Part shown: one piece after another, positions 31,536 through 32,000 of the stretch
Numbering within the stretch: the stretch's first letter is position 1
How the letters are laid out: each line of letters begins with the position of its first letter
Source: Candidatus Competibacteraceae bacterium
Lineage (GTDB): Bacteria; Pseudomonadota; Gammaproteobacteria; Competibacterales; JAHEDQ01
Direction of reading: 5' to 3'
Assembly: GCA_024641125.1 (NCBI GenBank)
Contig: JAHEDQ010000016.1
Span: 1 to 32,000 of the forward strand
Length of the DNA: 32,000 nucleotides
Program-made: the position numbers and the translations under genes
Notes under the pieces: model-generated
What the model was told of the DNA's origin: nothing
Seen by the model: the letters and a program-made list of their open reading frames with translations, nothing else
The model's database searches: none

Positions 31536-32000
31536 TCAGCCGCTTAGGCGGGCTATCGCCTCGGCCAGCGCAATATTGCGTTTGGCCTCCTCCACATGAA
31601 GGTTTTCCACCAGTCGGCCGTTGACCACCACCACACCCTTGCCTTCGGCCTGGGCCGCCTGCCAGGCCTCGATGATGACATGGGCGTTATCTACTTCGGC
31701 TGCGCTCGGGGCAAACACCTCGTTGGCGTCGGCGATCTGTTTCGGATGGATCAGGCTTTTGCCGTCAAATCCCATATCACGACCTTGTTCACAGGCAGAC
31801 CGATGACCGGCATCGTCCTGCAGATCCAGGTGGACACCGTCGATTATGTCGACGCCATGGGCACGGGCGGCGGTAACGCACAGGGACAGCGCCGCAACAA
31901 AGCCGATCCGGTCCGGTGTGTGCCGCACCCGCATCTCTTTCGCCAGATCCGATGTCCCCATGACGATGCAACCCAGGTGTGCGTCGGCCCCGGTCACGGC
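31536..32000 (-). CDS. HpcH/CitE-family acyl-CoA lyase (citryl/malyl/citramalyl-CoA lyase-like), C-terminal part; the gene continues past the window end
   Basis: GFDGKSLIHPKQIADANEVFAPS plus a downstream GKGVVVVNGRLVE segment are typical of CitE-like beta subunits. The apparent start at 31997 is an internal GTG. Confidence 0.75.
   Translation of the reverse strand, partial: AVTGADAHLGCIVMGTSDLAKEMRVRHTPDRIGFVAALSLCVTAARAHGVDIIDGVHLDLQDDAGHRSACEQGRDMGFDGKSLIHPKQIADANEVFAPSAAEVDNAHVIIEAWQAAQAEGKGVVVVNGRLVENLHVEEAKRNIALAEAIARLSG

Overview
Visibly GC-rich, gammaproteobacterium-like core chromosome. Nearly every gene from 1 to about 27.2 kb is on the minus strand. No rRNA, tRNA, CRISPR array, transposase or integrase was found.

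Gene content, left to right:
- atpA' (fragment), atpH, atpF, atpE, atpB, atpI, then parB, parA and rsmG.
- A small unit with a micro-ORF, a hypothetical protein and an orphan FabD-like acyltransferase. It sits where mnmG normally lies.
- A long co-directional propionate / methylmalonyl-CoA block: prpE, micro-ORF, bioY, mcm, pccB, pccA, meaB, epimerase, maeB.
- mdh, ppsR, lutCBA and an icd gene with a C-terminal CBS pair.
- A 790-bp non-coding region.
- A plus-strand glrK / lipoprotein / glrR-like sigma54 two-component operon.
- A partial CitE/HpcH-family lyase.

Main second-look items:
1. Two diverged copies of a ~135-nt element. Each carries a Shine-Dalgarno plus a Cys-containing micro-ORF (21 and 34 codons). 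Copy 1 has an in-frame TAA.
2. A candidate sigma54-dependent sRNA of about 190 nt with a strong intrinsic terminator, directly upstream of the glrK-like operon. This mirrors the enterobacterial glmY-glrK layout.
3. An isocitrate dehydrogenase fused to a CBS (Bateman) module.
4. A bipartite ~40-nt motif present three times, in one orientation, only in the intergenic regions around the micro-ORF / FabD-like unit.

All calls come from reading the sequence and from recalled family signatures. No database search was run.
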